Shown piece after piece: positions 1 through 11,959 of a stretch of DNA of 64,000 nucleotides (the stretch's first letter is position 1; each line of letters begins with the position of its first letter). A model generated the notes under the pieces. That model was given only the letters and a program-made list of their open reading frames with translations. It ran no database searches and was not told the origin of the DNA. The stretch lies in assembly GCA_046723735.1 (NCBI GenBank), contig JBKOVB010000032.1, positions 11,854 through 75,853 on the forward strand, read 5' to 3'. The position numbers and the translations under genes were made by a program. The DNA is from Actinomycetota bacterium. GTDB lineage: Bacteria; Actinomycetota; Actinomycetes; Mycobacteriales; SCTD01.

Positions 1-2598
1 CTCGCGAACCGCAACGTCGTGACGACCCCGATGATCGGGCTCGGCTACCACGGCACCCACACGCCGCCGGTCGTGAAGCGGAACGTCCTGGAGAACCCCG
101 CCTGGTACACCGCGTACACGCCGTACCAGCCCGAGATCAGCCAGGGGCGGCTCGAGGCGCTGCTCACCTTCCAGACCATGGTCGGCGACCTCACCGGCCT
201 GCCCACCGCCAACGCCAGCCTGCTCGACGAGGGCACGGCGGCCGCCGAGGCGCTCACCCTGTGCCGTCGGCAGAGCAAGGCCGGGCCGGACGCCGCGTTC
301 GTCGTCGACGCCGACTGCCACCCGCAGACGATCGCCGTCGTGCAGACCCGTGCGCTGCCGCTCGGCCTGCCGGTCGTGGTTCACGACATGTCGACAGATC
401 TCCCTGACGACATCTTCGGCGTGCTGGTGCAGTACCCGGGTAGCTCCGGGGCGATCCGCGACCTGCGCCCGGTCGTCGAGGCCGCGCATGCCAAGGGGGC
501 GCTCGTCGCCGTCGCCGCGGACCTGCTCGCTCTCACCCTGCTGCAGAGCCCGGGGGAGGCCGGCGCCGACGTCGCGGTCGGCTCCTCGCAGCGCTTCGGC
601 GTGCCGCTCGGGTACGGCGGGCCGCACGCGGGCTACATGGCCGTACGGGCCGGGCTCGAGCGCGGCCTCCCGGGGCGCCTCGTGGGCGTCAGCGTCGACG
701 CGGAGGGGGCTCCGGCGTACCGGCTCGCGCTGCAGACCCGCGAGCAGCACATCAGGCGCGAGAAGGCGACCAGCAACATCTGCACCGCCCAGGTGCTGCT
801 GGCCGTGATGGCCGGGCTGTACGGCGTGTGGCACGGCCCCGAGGGGCTCACCGCCATCGCGCGCCGGACCCATCGCTACGCCGCGCTGCTCGCCGCGGCG
901 CTCGGCGTCGAGGGTGCGTTCTTCGACACCCTCACCGTCCCGGCCCCCGGTCGCGCGCGCCAGGTCGTCGACGTCGCCCTCGGGTTCGGCGTGGAGCTGC
1001 GCCTCGTCGACGAGGACACCGTCGGGATCAGCACCGACGAGACCACGACCCGGGCCCACCTCGACACCGTCGTCGCCGCGTTCGGGCTGCCCGCGCAGGA
1101 CTGGGACGCGCTCGACGCGCGGACGCCGGACGCGCTGCCGGCCGACCTGCTGCGCACCTCGCCCTTCCTCACGCACGAGGTCTTCCACGCGCACCGCAGC
1201 GAGACCGCGATGCTGCGCTACCTCCGCCGCCTCGCGGACAAGGACCTCGCGCTCGACCGCACGATGATCCCGCTCGGCTCCTGCACGATGAAGCTGAACG
1301 CCACGACCGAGATGGAGCCCGTGACCTGGGAGGGCTTCGGCGGGCTGCACCCGTTCACCGCCCCCGAGCACGCCCGGGGCTACCGGCAGCTGATCACCGA
1401 CCTCGAGCGCTGGCTGTGCGAGATCACCGGCTACGACGCCTGCTCACTGCAGCCGAACGCCGGCTCCCAGGGCGAGCTCGCCGGGCTCCTGGCCATCCGC
1501 GAGTACCACCTCGCGAACGGGCAGGGGGCCCGCGACGTCTGCCTCATCCCGGCCAGCGCGCACGGCACCAACGCCGCGAGCGCCGTGATGGCGGGCATGA
1601 AGGTGGTCGTGGTCGGCACCACCCCGGACGGCGACGTCGACGTGGACGACCTGCGGGCCAAGGTGGCGGAGCACGCCGACGACCTCGCCGCGCTCATGAT
1701 CACCTACCCCTCGACGCACGGGGTCTTCGAGGCCGCCGTGACCGAGATCTGCGCGCTGGTCCACGACGCCGGCGGTCAGGTGTACGTCGACGGCGCGAAC
1801 CTCAACGCGCTCGTGGGGCTGGCCAAGCCGGGCCGCTTCGGGGCCGACGTGAGCCACCTCAACCTGCACAAGACGTTCTGCATCCCGCACGGCGGCGGTG
1901 GTCCCGGGGTGGGCCCGGTGGCCGTGCGCGCCCACCTCGCGCCGTACCTGCCGAACCACCCCCTCAACGCGGAGTGCGGGCCGGCGACCGGGCCGGGCCC
2001 GATCAGCGCCGCGCCGTACGGCAGCGCGGGGATCTTGCCGATCTCGTGGGCGTACGTCCGGATGATGGGCGCCGAGGGGCTAACCCGGGCCACCCAGGTG
2101 GCGGTGCTGTCGGCGAACTACGTGGCCGTGCGGCTGAACCCGCACTACCCGGTGCTGTACACCGGCCGCGGGGGGCTGGTGGCGCACGAGTGCATCGTCG
2201 ACCTGCGGCCGCTCACCAAGGAGACCGGTATCACCGTCGACGACGTCGCGAAGCGCCTGATCGACTACGGCTTCCACGCCCCGACGATGAGCTTCCCGGT
2301 CGCCGGCACGCTCATGATCGAGCCGACGGAGAGCGAGGACCTCGCCGAGCTCGACCGGTTCTGCGAGGCGATGATCAGCATCCGCCGGGAGATCGACGAG
2401 ACCCCGGACCTGCTGCGCGGGGCGCCACACACGGCGGCGTCGGTGGTGGGGGAGCTGCCCTACGACAGGGCGCGGGCGGCGTTGCCGCCCGGGGTGGTCA
2501 AGGCCACCAAGTACTGGCCGCCGGTGCGGCGGATCGACGGGGCGTACGGCGACCGCAACCTCATGTGCAGCTGCCCGCCGGTGGAGGAGCTGACCTGA
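1..2598 (+). CDS. gcvP: Glycine dehydrogenase (decarboxylating), P protein; 5' end lies outside the window
   Basis: [29 protein letters not shown] and PLP-lysine SHLNLHKTF motifs; frame is open to base 1. Confidence 0.98.
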   Translation, partial: LANRNVVTTPMIGLGYHGTHTPPVVKRNVLENPAWYTAYTPYQPEISQGRLEALLTFQTMVGDLTGLPTANASLLDEGTAAAEALTLCRRQSKAGPDAAFVVDADCHPQTIAVVQTRALPLGLPVVVHDMSTDLPDDIFGVLVQYPGSSGAIRDLRPVVEAAHAKGALVAVAADLLALTLLQSPGEAGADVAVGSSQRFGVPLGYGGPHAGYMAVRAGLERGLPGRLVGVSVDAEGAPAYRLALQTREQHIRREKATSNICTAQVLLAVMAGLYGVWHGPEGLTAIARRTHRYAALLAAALGVEGAFFDTLTVPAPGRARQVVDVALGFGVELRLVDEDTVGISTDETTTRAHLDTVVAAFGLPAQDWDALDARTPDALPADLLRTSPFLTHEVFHAHRSETAMLRYLRRLADKDLALDRTMIPLGSCTMKLNATTEMEPVTWEGFGGLHPFTAPEHARGYRQLITDLERWLCEITGYDACSLQPNAGSQGELAGLLAIREYHLANGQGARDVCLIPASAHGTNAASAVMAGMKVVVVGTTPDGDVDVDDLRAKVAEHADDLAALMITYPSTHGVFEAAVTEICALVHDAGGQVYVDGANLNALVGLAKPGRFGADVSHLNLHKTFCIPHGGGGPGVGPVAVRAHLAPYLPNHPLNAECGPATGPGPISAAPYGSAGILPISWAYVRMMGAEGLTRATQVAVLSANYVAVRLNPHYPVLYTGRGGLVAHECIVDLRPLTKETGITVDDVAKRLIDYGFHAPTMSFPVAGTLMIEPTESEDLAELDRFCEAMISIRREIDETPDLLRGAPHTAASVVGELPYDRARAALPPGVVKATKYWPPVRRIDGAYGDRNLMCSCPPVEELT

Positions 2599-2604
2599 CC
2601 CGGC

Positions 2605-2668
2605 TCAGGGCGTGCCTCGAAGGCACGGCCATCGCAGCAGGCCGGCGGCTTTCAGAGACACGCCCTAG
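2605..2668. repeat. Imperfect inverted repeat between convergent genes (terminator or MITE-like remnant)
   Basis: TCAGGGCGTGCCTCGAAGG ... CTTTCAGAGACACGCCCTAG; internal hairpin GTGCC-TCGAA-GGCAC. Confidence 0.45.
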
Positions 2669-2859
2669 GCGACGTGGCGCACCGCGGGCCGGTGCGGCGC
2701 GATGACGGTGCGGTCGGGGAGGATCTCGCCCGTGTCGTCGAACAGCACGACGCCGTTGCACAGCAGCACCCAGCCCTGCTCCGGGTGGCGGCTGACCACC
2801 CGGGCCGCGTCGTGGTCAGGGGCGTCCGCTGGGGGGCAGTTGGGCTCGTGCGCGCACAT
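2665..2859 (-). CDS. Small conserved actinobacterial Cys/His protein (DUF5999-like)
   Basis: MCAHEPNCP...HPEQGWVLLCNGVVLFDDTGEILPD; C-terminal 64 aa of ORF 2665-3387; commonly found beside gcvP. Confidence 0.8.
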   Translation of the reverse strand: MCAHEPNCPPADAPDHDAARVVSRHPEQGWVLLCNGVVLFDDTGEILPDRTVIAPHRPAVRHVA

Positions 2860-2937
2860 CGTCGTGCTCCTGGGTCTCAGTCGCTCTCTCGTGACGGCGG
2901 GACGTTCGTCCCGTCCTGATGTGTCGGACATCACACC

Positions 2938-4086
2938 GTGGCACTGAAGACCAACGACCGTCATCACTTCGGGGGAACGGCTGTGGACGAGGTCCCTGGT
3001 CGCCCCCAGGCCTGGCGGCGGCCGCTGGTCGAGGTCGACCGCCTGGAGACGTCCGACCCGGCTGCGCTGTGGTCCTTCTTGTCCAGTATGGGGTTGGACG
3101 GCGAGGTCGGGCGTCAGAACGGCGACATCGGTGTGGCACTCCTGGTCGGAGCCGCGGGATGCGCCGAGATCGGCGGGCTGCCGGCGCCCGCCGTGAGCCC
3201 GGTGGCCGTGCCCGAGGTGGTGGCGGTGGCGCTGCGCGCGGGGGACGCCCGACCTCCGGACGTGCGCGACGCGGTGGTCGGGGAGTGGCGGTCGAGCTGG
3301 AACCCGGCTGAGCACGCCGCCGCGGTGCAGGCCGTCCGGGACGCGATCGCTCGTGGCGACGTCTACCAGGCCAACGTCGTCGGGCACCGGTCGGCGCCGT
3401 TCCGCGGTGACCCGCGCGGGCTGGCGCGGGCGGTGAGCGGGTTACCGGGAGCGGTGTACGGCGGGAGTCTGTCCGGCGACGGCTGGGCGGTGGCCTCGGC
3501 ATCGCCGGAGCAGCTGGTGCGGGTCGTGGGGGAGCGGGTCACCACGATGCCCATCAAGGGCACCAGCCGGGACCCGGAGGCGCTGCGGGCCAGCACGAAG
3601 GACCGCGCGGAGCACGTCATGATCGTGGACCTGGAGCGCAACGACCTGGCCCGCATCACGGTGCCGGGCAGCGTGGTGGTCGACGATCTCTACACCGTCG
3701 CGGCGTGGTCGGGGATCTGGCACGCGAGCTCCACCGTGGCCGGCCGGCTCGAGGCCGGGGTGACGGTCCGCGACGTGCTCACCGCGCTGCTGCCCGGCGG
3801 GTCGGTCACGGGTGCGCCGAAGCACGCCGCCTGTCGCCTGCTCGCAGACCTGGAACCGGTGGGCCGGGGCCCGGCGATGGGCGCGTTCGGCTTCCTGTGG
3901 CCGGGCGGGCTCGACTTCGGGCTGACCATCCGCACGGTGGCTGCGGCCGACGGCCAGGTGCACCTGTGGGCGGGCGGCGGCATCACGTGGGGCAGCGACC
4001 CGGCCGACGAGGTGGCCGAGGCGGACGCGAAGGCGGCGCCGGTGCAGCGGGCGCTCGCCGGTCAGGTGCGGCCTTCCTCCTCCTGA
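2938..4086 (+). CDS. Chorismate-binding enzyme (PabB/TrpE component I family)
   Basis: GDVYQAN, PIKGT, AEHVMIVDLERNDL, PGGSVTGAPK and AGGGITWGS motifs; start uncertain. Confidence 0.9.
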   Translation: MALKTNDRHHFGGTAVDEVPGRPQAWRRPLVEVDRLETSDPAALWSFLSSMGLDGEVGRQNGDIGVALLVGAAGCAEIGGLPAPAVSPVAVPEVVAVALRAGDARPPDVRDAVVGEWRSSWNPAEHAAAVQAVRDAIARGDVYQANVVGHRSAPFRGDPRGLARAVSGLPGAVYGGSLSGDGWAVASASPEQLVRVVGERVTTMPIKGTSRDPEALRASTKDRAEHVMIVDLERNDLARITVPGSVVVDDLYTVAAWSGIWHASSTVAGRLEAGVTVRDVLTALLPGGSVTGAPKHAACRLLADLEPVGRGPAMGAFGFLWPGGLDFGLTIRTVAAADGQVHLWAGGGITWGSDPADEVAEADAKAAPVQRALAGQVRPSSS

Positions 4087-4550
4087 GCCTGCTGCAGCGT
4101 GTCGGTGCGGACCGCCCAGGTGGCGCGCAGCACAGGCCAGCCGGCAGCCTCGTAGGCGTCGCACACCTCCAGGTCGTCGTCGACCACCACCGCCACCCGG
4201 CGGCCGTCGGCGACCCGGGCGAGCAGCTGCGGCTTGGCCAGCCGGGCCGGCCGCCGGTCGCGTCCGCCACGCATGGTGAGCGAGCCGTGCGGCAGCCCGT
4301 GGCGCCGCAGCCACTGCAGCGTGTCGCGGCGGCACACCTCGGGGCGGCCCGTGACGTAGGCGATCTCGCAGTCCCGGGCCGCCTCCTGCGCCAGCGTCAC
4401 GCCCTGGGCGAGCGGCGGGTCCTGCGGGGCGGCCCCGAAGAAGCCGCGCCAGTCCTTGGGTCGGCGGTCCAGGAAGTGCAACCGGTGCGTGACGTCGGCC
4501 AGCACGCCGTCGATGTCGAACACGGCGAGCGGCGGCAGGTCGCCCGTCAC
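4062..4550 (-). CDS. HAD-superfamily phosphatase (polynucleotide kinase-phosphatase/LNS2-like)
   Basis: FDIDGVLAD, VTGRPE and VDDD motifs; GAGGAG RBS. Confidence 0.8.
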   Translation of the reverse strand: MTGDLPPLAVFDIDGVLADVTHRLHFLDRRPKDWRGFFGAAPQDPPLAQGVTLAQEAARDCEIAYVTGRPEVCRRDTLQWLRRHGLPHGSLTMRGGRDRRPARLAKPQLLARVADGRRVAVVVDDDLEVCDAYEAAGWPVLRATWAVRTDTLQQAQEEEGRT

Positions 4551-4643
4551 GGTTCCTCCTCGGTACGGCGGCAGCGCGTCCCATCCTCACACCGGGCGCG
4601 GAGGGGAGTACTGCCGGGGCGGTCGCGGGTCGTCGAACCCGCG

Positions 4644-4671
4644 ATCTGACATAATGTTCATTATCGGTGTA
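4644..4671 (-). other. dif: dif site (XerCD chromosome dimer resolution site)
   Basis: Minus strand TACACCGATAA-TGAACA-TTATGTCAGAT: 11-6-11 layout with XerD-type arm TTATGT(C)A(G)AT; AT-rich, intergenic. Confidence 0.85.
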
Positions 4672-4687
4672 AGCCGAGAGGCGCGGG

Positions 4688-7078
<2,391 letters not shown>

Positions 7079-7230
7079 CGCGCCTCCCTCTGCGGGCGGG
7101 GGCGGCCCGCGGTCTTCGTCCGGGGCGCCTGGATCGATCCAACCAGAGCCGCGGACAGGGGCGATTCAGGCGGACCTGTACGGGCACGCTCCTGTCGTCC
7201 CCGCCGCGCCCCGGCGCCTCGGGGGTGCAG

Positions 7231-7256
7231 GGAATCCTCTCGGCGTGTCGCTCGTT
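7231..7256 (+). promoter_or_regulatory. SigR/SigH-type ECF promoter for rbpA
   Basis: GGAAT-N18-GTT ending 28 nt before the rbpA ATG. Confidence 0.75.
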
Positions 7257-7284
7257 GACACCCCTGAGACGTCCGGAGGCACTC

Positions 7285-7671
7285 ATGAGCGATCGCGTGC
7301 TGCGAGGCAGCAGGCTGGGCGCTGTCAGCTACGAGAGCGACAAGCACACCGAGTTCGCGCCACGTGTGGCGACCACCTACGACTGCCCGCGCGGGCACGC
7401 GACCACGGTGCCGTTCGCGGCCGAGGCGGAGATCCCGTCGACCTGGGAGTGCCGCATCTGCGGCGCCACCGCGCTGCGCCGGGACGTGGAGCAGCCGGAG
7501 GCGAAGGCCACCAAGCCGGCGCGTACCCACTGGGACATGCTCCTGGAGCGGCGCACGATCGAGGAGCTCGAGGAGGTCCTGGCCGAGCGGCTCGCGGCGC
7601 TGCACGCCGAGCAGGAGAAGGTCAAGGCCCAGATGAAGGCCGACGCGAAGGCGCGGCGCAAGAGCGCCTAA
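7285..7671 (+). CDS. rbpA: RNA polymerase-binding protein RbpA
   Basis: LRGSRLGAVSYE, CPRGH...WECRIC and RTHWDMLLERR motifs; GGAGG RBS before ATG 7285. Confidence 0.97.
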   Translation: MSDRVLRGSRLGAVSYESDKHTEFAPRVATTYDCPRGHATTVPFAAEAEIPSTWECRICGATALRRDVEQPEAKATKPARTHWDMLLERRTIEELEEVLAERLAALHAEQEKVKAQMKADAKARRKSA

Positions 7672-8051
7672 CGGACGAACCCCCGCACGACGCGCAGCCG
7701 GATCGCCGCCGCCAGTAGCCGGCGCAGCACCGCCCGCGTGGGCGGCAGCAGGCACAGCACCCCGATCACGTCGGTCACGAAGCCCGGCGTGAGCAGGAAC
7801 GCGCCGCCCACCAGCACCAGCCCGCCGTCCACGACCTCCTTGGCCGGCACGCGGCCGAGGGCGAGGGCGTCCCGGAACGCTGTCCAGGCCTTGCGTCCCT
7901 CGTGCTTGAACAGCCAGGCGCCCAGCAGCGCGTCGAGGAGCAGCAGCAGCACCGTCGGCCCCACGCCGATGACCTGCCCGACCTGCACGATCACCCAGAT
8001 CTCCACGATCGGGACCACGATGAACAGCAGGAACAGCAGCAGCGCGACCAT
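7668..8051 (-). CDS. fxsA: FxsA family membrane protein
   Basis: PIVEI and LLTPGFVTD motifs; hydrophobic; synteny with ppm1. Confidence 0.9.
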   Translation of the reverse strand: MVALLLFLLFIVVPIVEIWVIVQVGQVIGVGPTVLLLLLDALLGAWLFKHEGRKAWTAFRDALALGRVPAKEVVDGGLVLVGGAFLLTPGFVTDVIGVLCLLPPTRAVLRRLLAAAIRLRVVRGFVR

Positions 8052-8069
8052 CGGTGCCTCCTCGTCGGC

Positions 8070-8795
8070 CTAGCGGCGGGACCGCCGTGACCGCACGCCC
8101 CACACCGTGACCCGCCACAGGGCCTCGGCGACGATCGCGCGGCTCATCTTGGACTCTCCCCGTTCCCGCTCGACGAACGTGATCGGCACCTCCACGACCC
8201 GGTGGCCGGCGCGCCACACCTGCCAGGCCAGGTCCACCTGGAAGCAGTAGCCCTGCGAGGCGATGCCGATGTCCAGCAGCGGGTCCAGCACGGTGCGGCG
8301 GTAGGCGCGGTATCCCCCGGTGGCGTCCCTCAGCGGGAGCCCGAGGGCCAGCCGCGTGTAGGCGTTGCCGCCCCGGCTCAGGAGCTCCCGGCTCTTCGGC
8401 CAGTTCTTGACCTCTCCCCCGGGCACCCACCGGCTGCCCAGCACCAGGTCCGCCGACTCGAGCGCCGCCAGCAGCCGCGGCAGCTGCTCCGGGGCGTGCG
8501 ACCCGTCGGCGTCCATCTCGACGACGACGTCGTAGCCCTTTTCCCGCGCCCAGCGAAAGCCGGCGAGGTAGGCCGCCCCGAGCCCCTCCTTGCCGGTGCG
8601 GTGCAGCACGTGCACCCAGTCCTCGCGCTGTGCCAGCTCGTCAGCGAGCTGACCGGTGCCGTCCGGGCTGTTGTCGTCCACGACGAGCAGGTCCGCGTCG
8701 GGTACCGCCCGGTGCAGCCGCGCAGCGATCGGCCCGAGGTTGTCTTTCTCGTCGTACGTCGGGATGATCACCAGCACGGTGCCGAGGGTGCTCAT
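8070..8795 (-). CDS. ppm1: Polyprenol monophosphomannose synthase (GT2)
   Basis: IIPTY, VDDNSPDGTG, EMDADGSH and DATGGYR motifs; coupled to lnt. Confidence 0.93.
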   Translation of the reverse strand: MSTLGTVLVIIPTYDEKDNLGPIAARLHRAVPDADLLVVDDNSPDGTGQLADELAQREDWVHVLHRTGKEGLGAAYLAGFRWAREKGYDVVVEMDADGSHAPEQLPRLLAALESADLVLGSRWVPGGEVKNWPKSRELLSRGGNAYTRLALGLPLRDATGGYRAYRRTVLDPLLDIGIASQGYCFQVDLAWQVWRAGHRVVEVPITFVERERGESKMSRAIVAEALWRVTVWGVRSRRSRR

Positions 8796-10246
8796 CGGCG
8801 TACCGCCGCCACGACGGCGCCGGCGCCGAGCAGCGCCAGCAGCAGCTCGGGCAACGCTCCGAGCCGGGTCGCGACCGTCTGGGCATCACGCAGCGGCACC
8901 CGCTGCACGAGCAGGTCACGGGTGAACAGGCTCGAATGCTCCCGCACCCGACCGTCCGGGCCGATCACCGCGGACTGACCGCTGGTGGCGGCGACCAGCA
9001 CGGCCCGGCCGTGCTCGACGGCGCGCAGCCGTCCCATCGCCAGCTGTTGGCTCGTCTCCCCGCTCCGCCCGAAGGTCGCGTTGTTGGTCTGCACGACCAC
9101 CAGCCTGCCGCCTCCTCGTACGACGTCGCGCACCACCCCGTCGTACGCCACCTCGAAGCAGATCACGTCGCCCAGCCGGGCCGGCCCGACGGTGAGCACA
9201 CCGGGACGGCTGCCGCGGGCGAAGTCGCGGGGCACCAGGTCGACCTTGGTCGTCACCATGCGGGCCAGGGACCGGAACGGGATGTACTCCCCGAACGGGA
9301 CGGGGTGCCGCTTGACGTAGGACGCGCCGGCGCCGGCGGCCGGGTCCCAGACGATGCCGCGGTTGCTGACGTGCCGGCCCGGCCCGTCGGTGACCGCACC
9401 CACGAGCACCGGGACGCCGACGTCGCGGACGGCTGCGTCGATGACCTCGGCGGCTTCTCGATCGGTGTAGGGGTCGAGGTCGGAGGCGTTCTCCGGCCAG
9501 ATGACGAGGTCAGGGCGGGGCAGCCGGCCGGCGCGCACGGCCGCCGCCAGCTCGTGCGTGGCCTGCACGTGGTTGTCGAGCACGGCCGCGCGCTGCGCGA
9601 AGGCGTCGAGCCCGAGCCGTGGCACGTTGCCCTGCACCAGCGCCACCGTGACGTGCGGACCGTCAGTGGGGGTGGGCACCAGCAGCGCCAGGACGAGCAG
9701 GACCGGGCCGAGCACGGCGGTACGACGGGGCAGCGCCACCAAGGTCACGCCGACCGCGGCCACCGCGAAGGTGACCAACGGCGCTCCTCCGAGAGCCGCG
9801 AGCGGGGTGAGCGGGGAACCACCCTGGCTGAAGGCCAGCCGCCCCCAGGTGAAGCCGCCGAACGGGAACCGGTCGCGCAGCGCCTCCTCGAGCACCCACA
9901 GGCAGGCGACCCACAACGGCCAGGCCGGCAACCGGGTCACGAGGACCAGTCCCGCGCCCAGCAGCGCCGTGAAGCCCGCCTCGGCGACCCCGAGGGCCAG
10001 CCAGGCCGGCGCGCCGGCGATCGTGCCCGTCCACACCAGCAGCGGCAGGAAGAACGTGAGCCCGTGCAGGAAGCCGAGCAGGAGCCCGAAGCGCACGGTG
10101 GCGCCGCGGCAGGCCAACGTGAGCAGCGCGACCGCGACCGGTGCCAGCCACCACAGGTCGTGCGGCGGGAACGCGAGGTCGAGCAGCAGGCCCGAACAGG
10201 CCGCTGCGCCCACGCGCAGCAGCGCAGCGGGTCTCGGGCGCGTCAC
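8792..10246 (-). CDS. lnt: Apolipoprotein N-acyltransferase
   Basis: VQGN, WPEN, KRHPVPFGEY and ICFE motifs. Confidence 0.96.
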   Translation of the reverse strand: MTRPRPAALLRVGAAACSGLLLDLAFPPHDLWWLAPVAVALLTLACRGATVRFGLLLGFLHGLTFFLPLLVWTGTIAGAPAWLALGVAEAGFTALLGAGLVLVTRLPAWPLWVACLWVLEEALRDRFPFGGFTWGRLAFSQGGSPLTPLAALGGAPLVTFAVAAVGVTLVALPRRTAVLGPVLLVLALLVPTPTDGPHVTVALVQGNVPRLGLDAFAQRAAVLDNHVQATHELAAAVRAGRLPRPDLVIWPENASDLDPYTDREAAEVIDAAVRDVGVPVLVGAVTDGPGRHVSNRGIVWDPAAGAGASYVKRHPVPFGEYIPFRSLARMVTTKVDLVPRDFARGSRPGVLTVGPARLGDVICFEVAYDGVVRDVVRGGGRLVVVQTNNATFGRSGETSQQLAMGRLRAVEHGRAVLVAATSGQSAVIGPDGRVREHSSLFTRDLLVQRVPLRDAQTVATRLGALPELLLALLGAGAVVAAVRR

Positions 10247-10249
10247 CCC

Positions 10250-11848
10250 TCAATCCTGCCCGATGGCGGTGTGCACGGTGCGGCCGCGCACGACGGTCAA
10301 CAGGCACGTGGGGTCAGGGCTGTCCAGGTCCGGGAGCCCGGCCACGGCCGCCCGCGGGTCCGTCGACCACGCGGTGACCCGCTCGTCCGGAGTCTGGACG
10401 ACGAGCTCGTGCGGCACCCGCCAGACCGCGAAGGTGGCTGGGGTGCCCGGGGCGAGCTCGCCCTCGCCGTCGCGCCGGGCCGCACGCCACCCCCCGCGGG
10501 TGTGGGCGCTGAACGCGGCGCGCGCGCTCAGGCCGGACCCCGGGGTCCGATGCCGGACAGCCGCCCGGATCGTGCCCCACGGGTCGAGCGGCGTCACCGG
10601 GCTGTCGGAACCCAGCGCGAGCGGTACGCCCGCGGCCGCGAGCCCGGCGAAGGGGTTCATCGGACGGGCCCGCTCGATCCCGAGCCGCTGCACGTACATG
10701 CCGTCGGGCCCGCCCCAGCGCGCGTCGAACACCGGCTGCACGCTCGCAGTCACGCCGTAGCGCGCGAAGGCAGCGACGTGCCGCTCGGTCACCATCTCCG
10801 CGTGCTCGACGCGGTGCCGTGCTGCGCGCAGCGCGTCCTCCCCCACTCGCTGCGCGGCCAGGTCCAGGCCGTCGCACACGGCGCTGATCGCGGCGTCGCC
10901 GATGGCGTGGAAGCCCGCCTGCAGGCCGGCGTCGGTCGCGGCGACGACGTGCGCCGCGATCTGCTCGGCGTCGAGGTACGCGGTGCCGTGCTCGACGGGT
11001 GCATCCGCATACGGCGCGGACAGGCAGGCGGTGCGGCTGCCCAGCGAGCCGTCCACGAACAGGTCGCCGGCGACGCCTTGCGCGCCGAGCGCACGGGCGC
11101 GCTCGACACCCCCGGCCTCCCCCCAGTAGGCCACGACCTCGACGCCATGCCCCAGGGCGAGCAGCGCCCGCAGATCCTCCTCGCCGGCGATCTCCGGGCC
11201 TGCGCACTCGTGCACGCAGGCGATCCCCAGCGCAGCGGCCCGGTCCAGAGCGGCCTGCTGAGCAGCCCGGCGCTGGGCCGGCGTCACGGAGGCCTGGACC
11301 GCCCGTCGTACGGCGTGGTGGGCCTCCGATCGGACCAGCCCGTCCGTGAGGAACCCGGGGAGGCCGCGCGCCTCGGGACAGGCGGCGAGCAGGGCGCTGC
11401 TCGCGACCGCGGAGTGCACGTCGGTGCGGGCCAGGTAGACGACCCCGCCGTAGGACGCACGGTCGAGCTCGGCGGCCGTGGGCGGCCGCTGCTCGGGCCA
11501 CCGGGTGTCGTCCCAGCCTGTCCCGAGCACCACGCCGCCGCGCGCTCGGCGGGCATGCTCGGCGACGCGTTCCAGGGCCTCGGCAAGGGACGTGGTGCTC
11601 GTCAGGTCCAGGCCGGTGAGGGCGAGCCCGGTCGAGGTGGTGTGCACGTGCGCGTCGACGAAGGCCGGTGCCAGCCAGGCATCCTCGAGGTCCACGGTGC
11701 GGTCGACGTCGAGCGCGTCCGCCGCACCCTCCTGCCCAACCCAGGCGACCTCGCCGTCCACGACGAGCAGCGCCGTGGCGAACGGGTCCGCGGGCGTGCG
11801 GACCCGGCCGTTGCGGTAGAGCGTGCTGCGGCGGGTCGGGGCTGGCAC
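10250..11848 (-). CDS. Amidohydrolase family 3 protein
   Basis: PAFVDAHVH, FHAIGD, HRVEHAE and GSDSP motifs. Confidence 0.9.
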   Translation of the reverse strand: MPAPTRRSTLYRNGRVRTPADPFATALLVVDGEVAWVGQEGAADALDVDRTVDLEDAWLAPAFVDAHVHTTSTGLALTGLDLTSTTSLAEALERVAEHARRARGGVVLGTGWDDTRWPEQRPPTAAELDRASYGGVVYLARTDVHSAVASSALLAACPEARGLPGFLTDGLVRSEAHHAVRRAVQASVTPAQRRAAQQAALDRAAALGIACVHECAGPEIAGEEDLRALLALGHGVEVVAYWGEAGGVERARALGAQGVAGDLFVDGSLGSRTACLSAPYADAPVEHGTAYLDAEQIAAHVVAATDAGLQAGFHAIGDAAISAVCDGLDLAAQRVGEDALRAARHRVEHAEMVTERHVAAFARYGVTASVQPVFDARWGGPDGMYVQRLGIERARPMNPFAGLAAAGVPLALGSDSPVTPLDPWGTIRAAVRHRTPGSGLSARAAFSAHTRGGWRAARRDGEGELAPGTPATFAVWRVPHELVVQTPDERVTAWSTDPRAAVAGLPDLDSPDPTCLLTVVRGRTVHTAIGQD

Positions 11849-11959
11849 GGCTCGACCCTAGGTGACTGCCCCCCGCCGACGACGACATCTCGGACCGAAC
11901 AGGAAGATCGCCGTTTTGCGCAGTGTTCTGCCGGAGGATTGCCGTCTAGCCTTGAGGCC

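Noticed and set aside
8936..11959. 1456-aa ORF 8936-13306 as one giant protein
   Set aside because: The first ~1008 codons are an antisense shadow of lnt and the amidohydrolase; only 11960-13306 (lat) has motifs and its own promoter.
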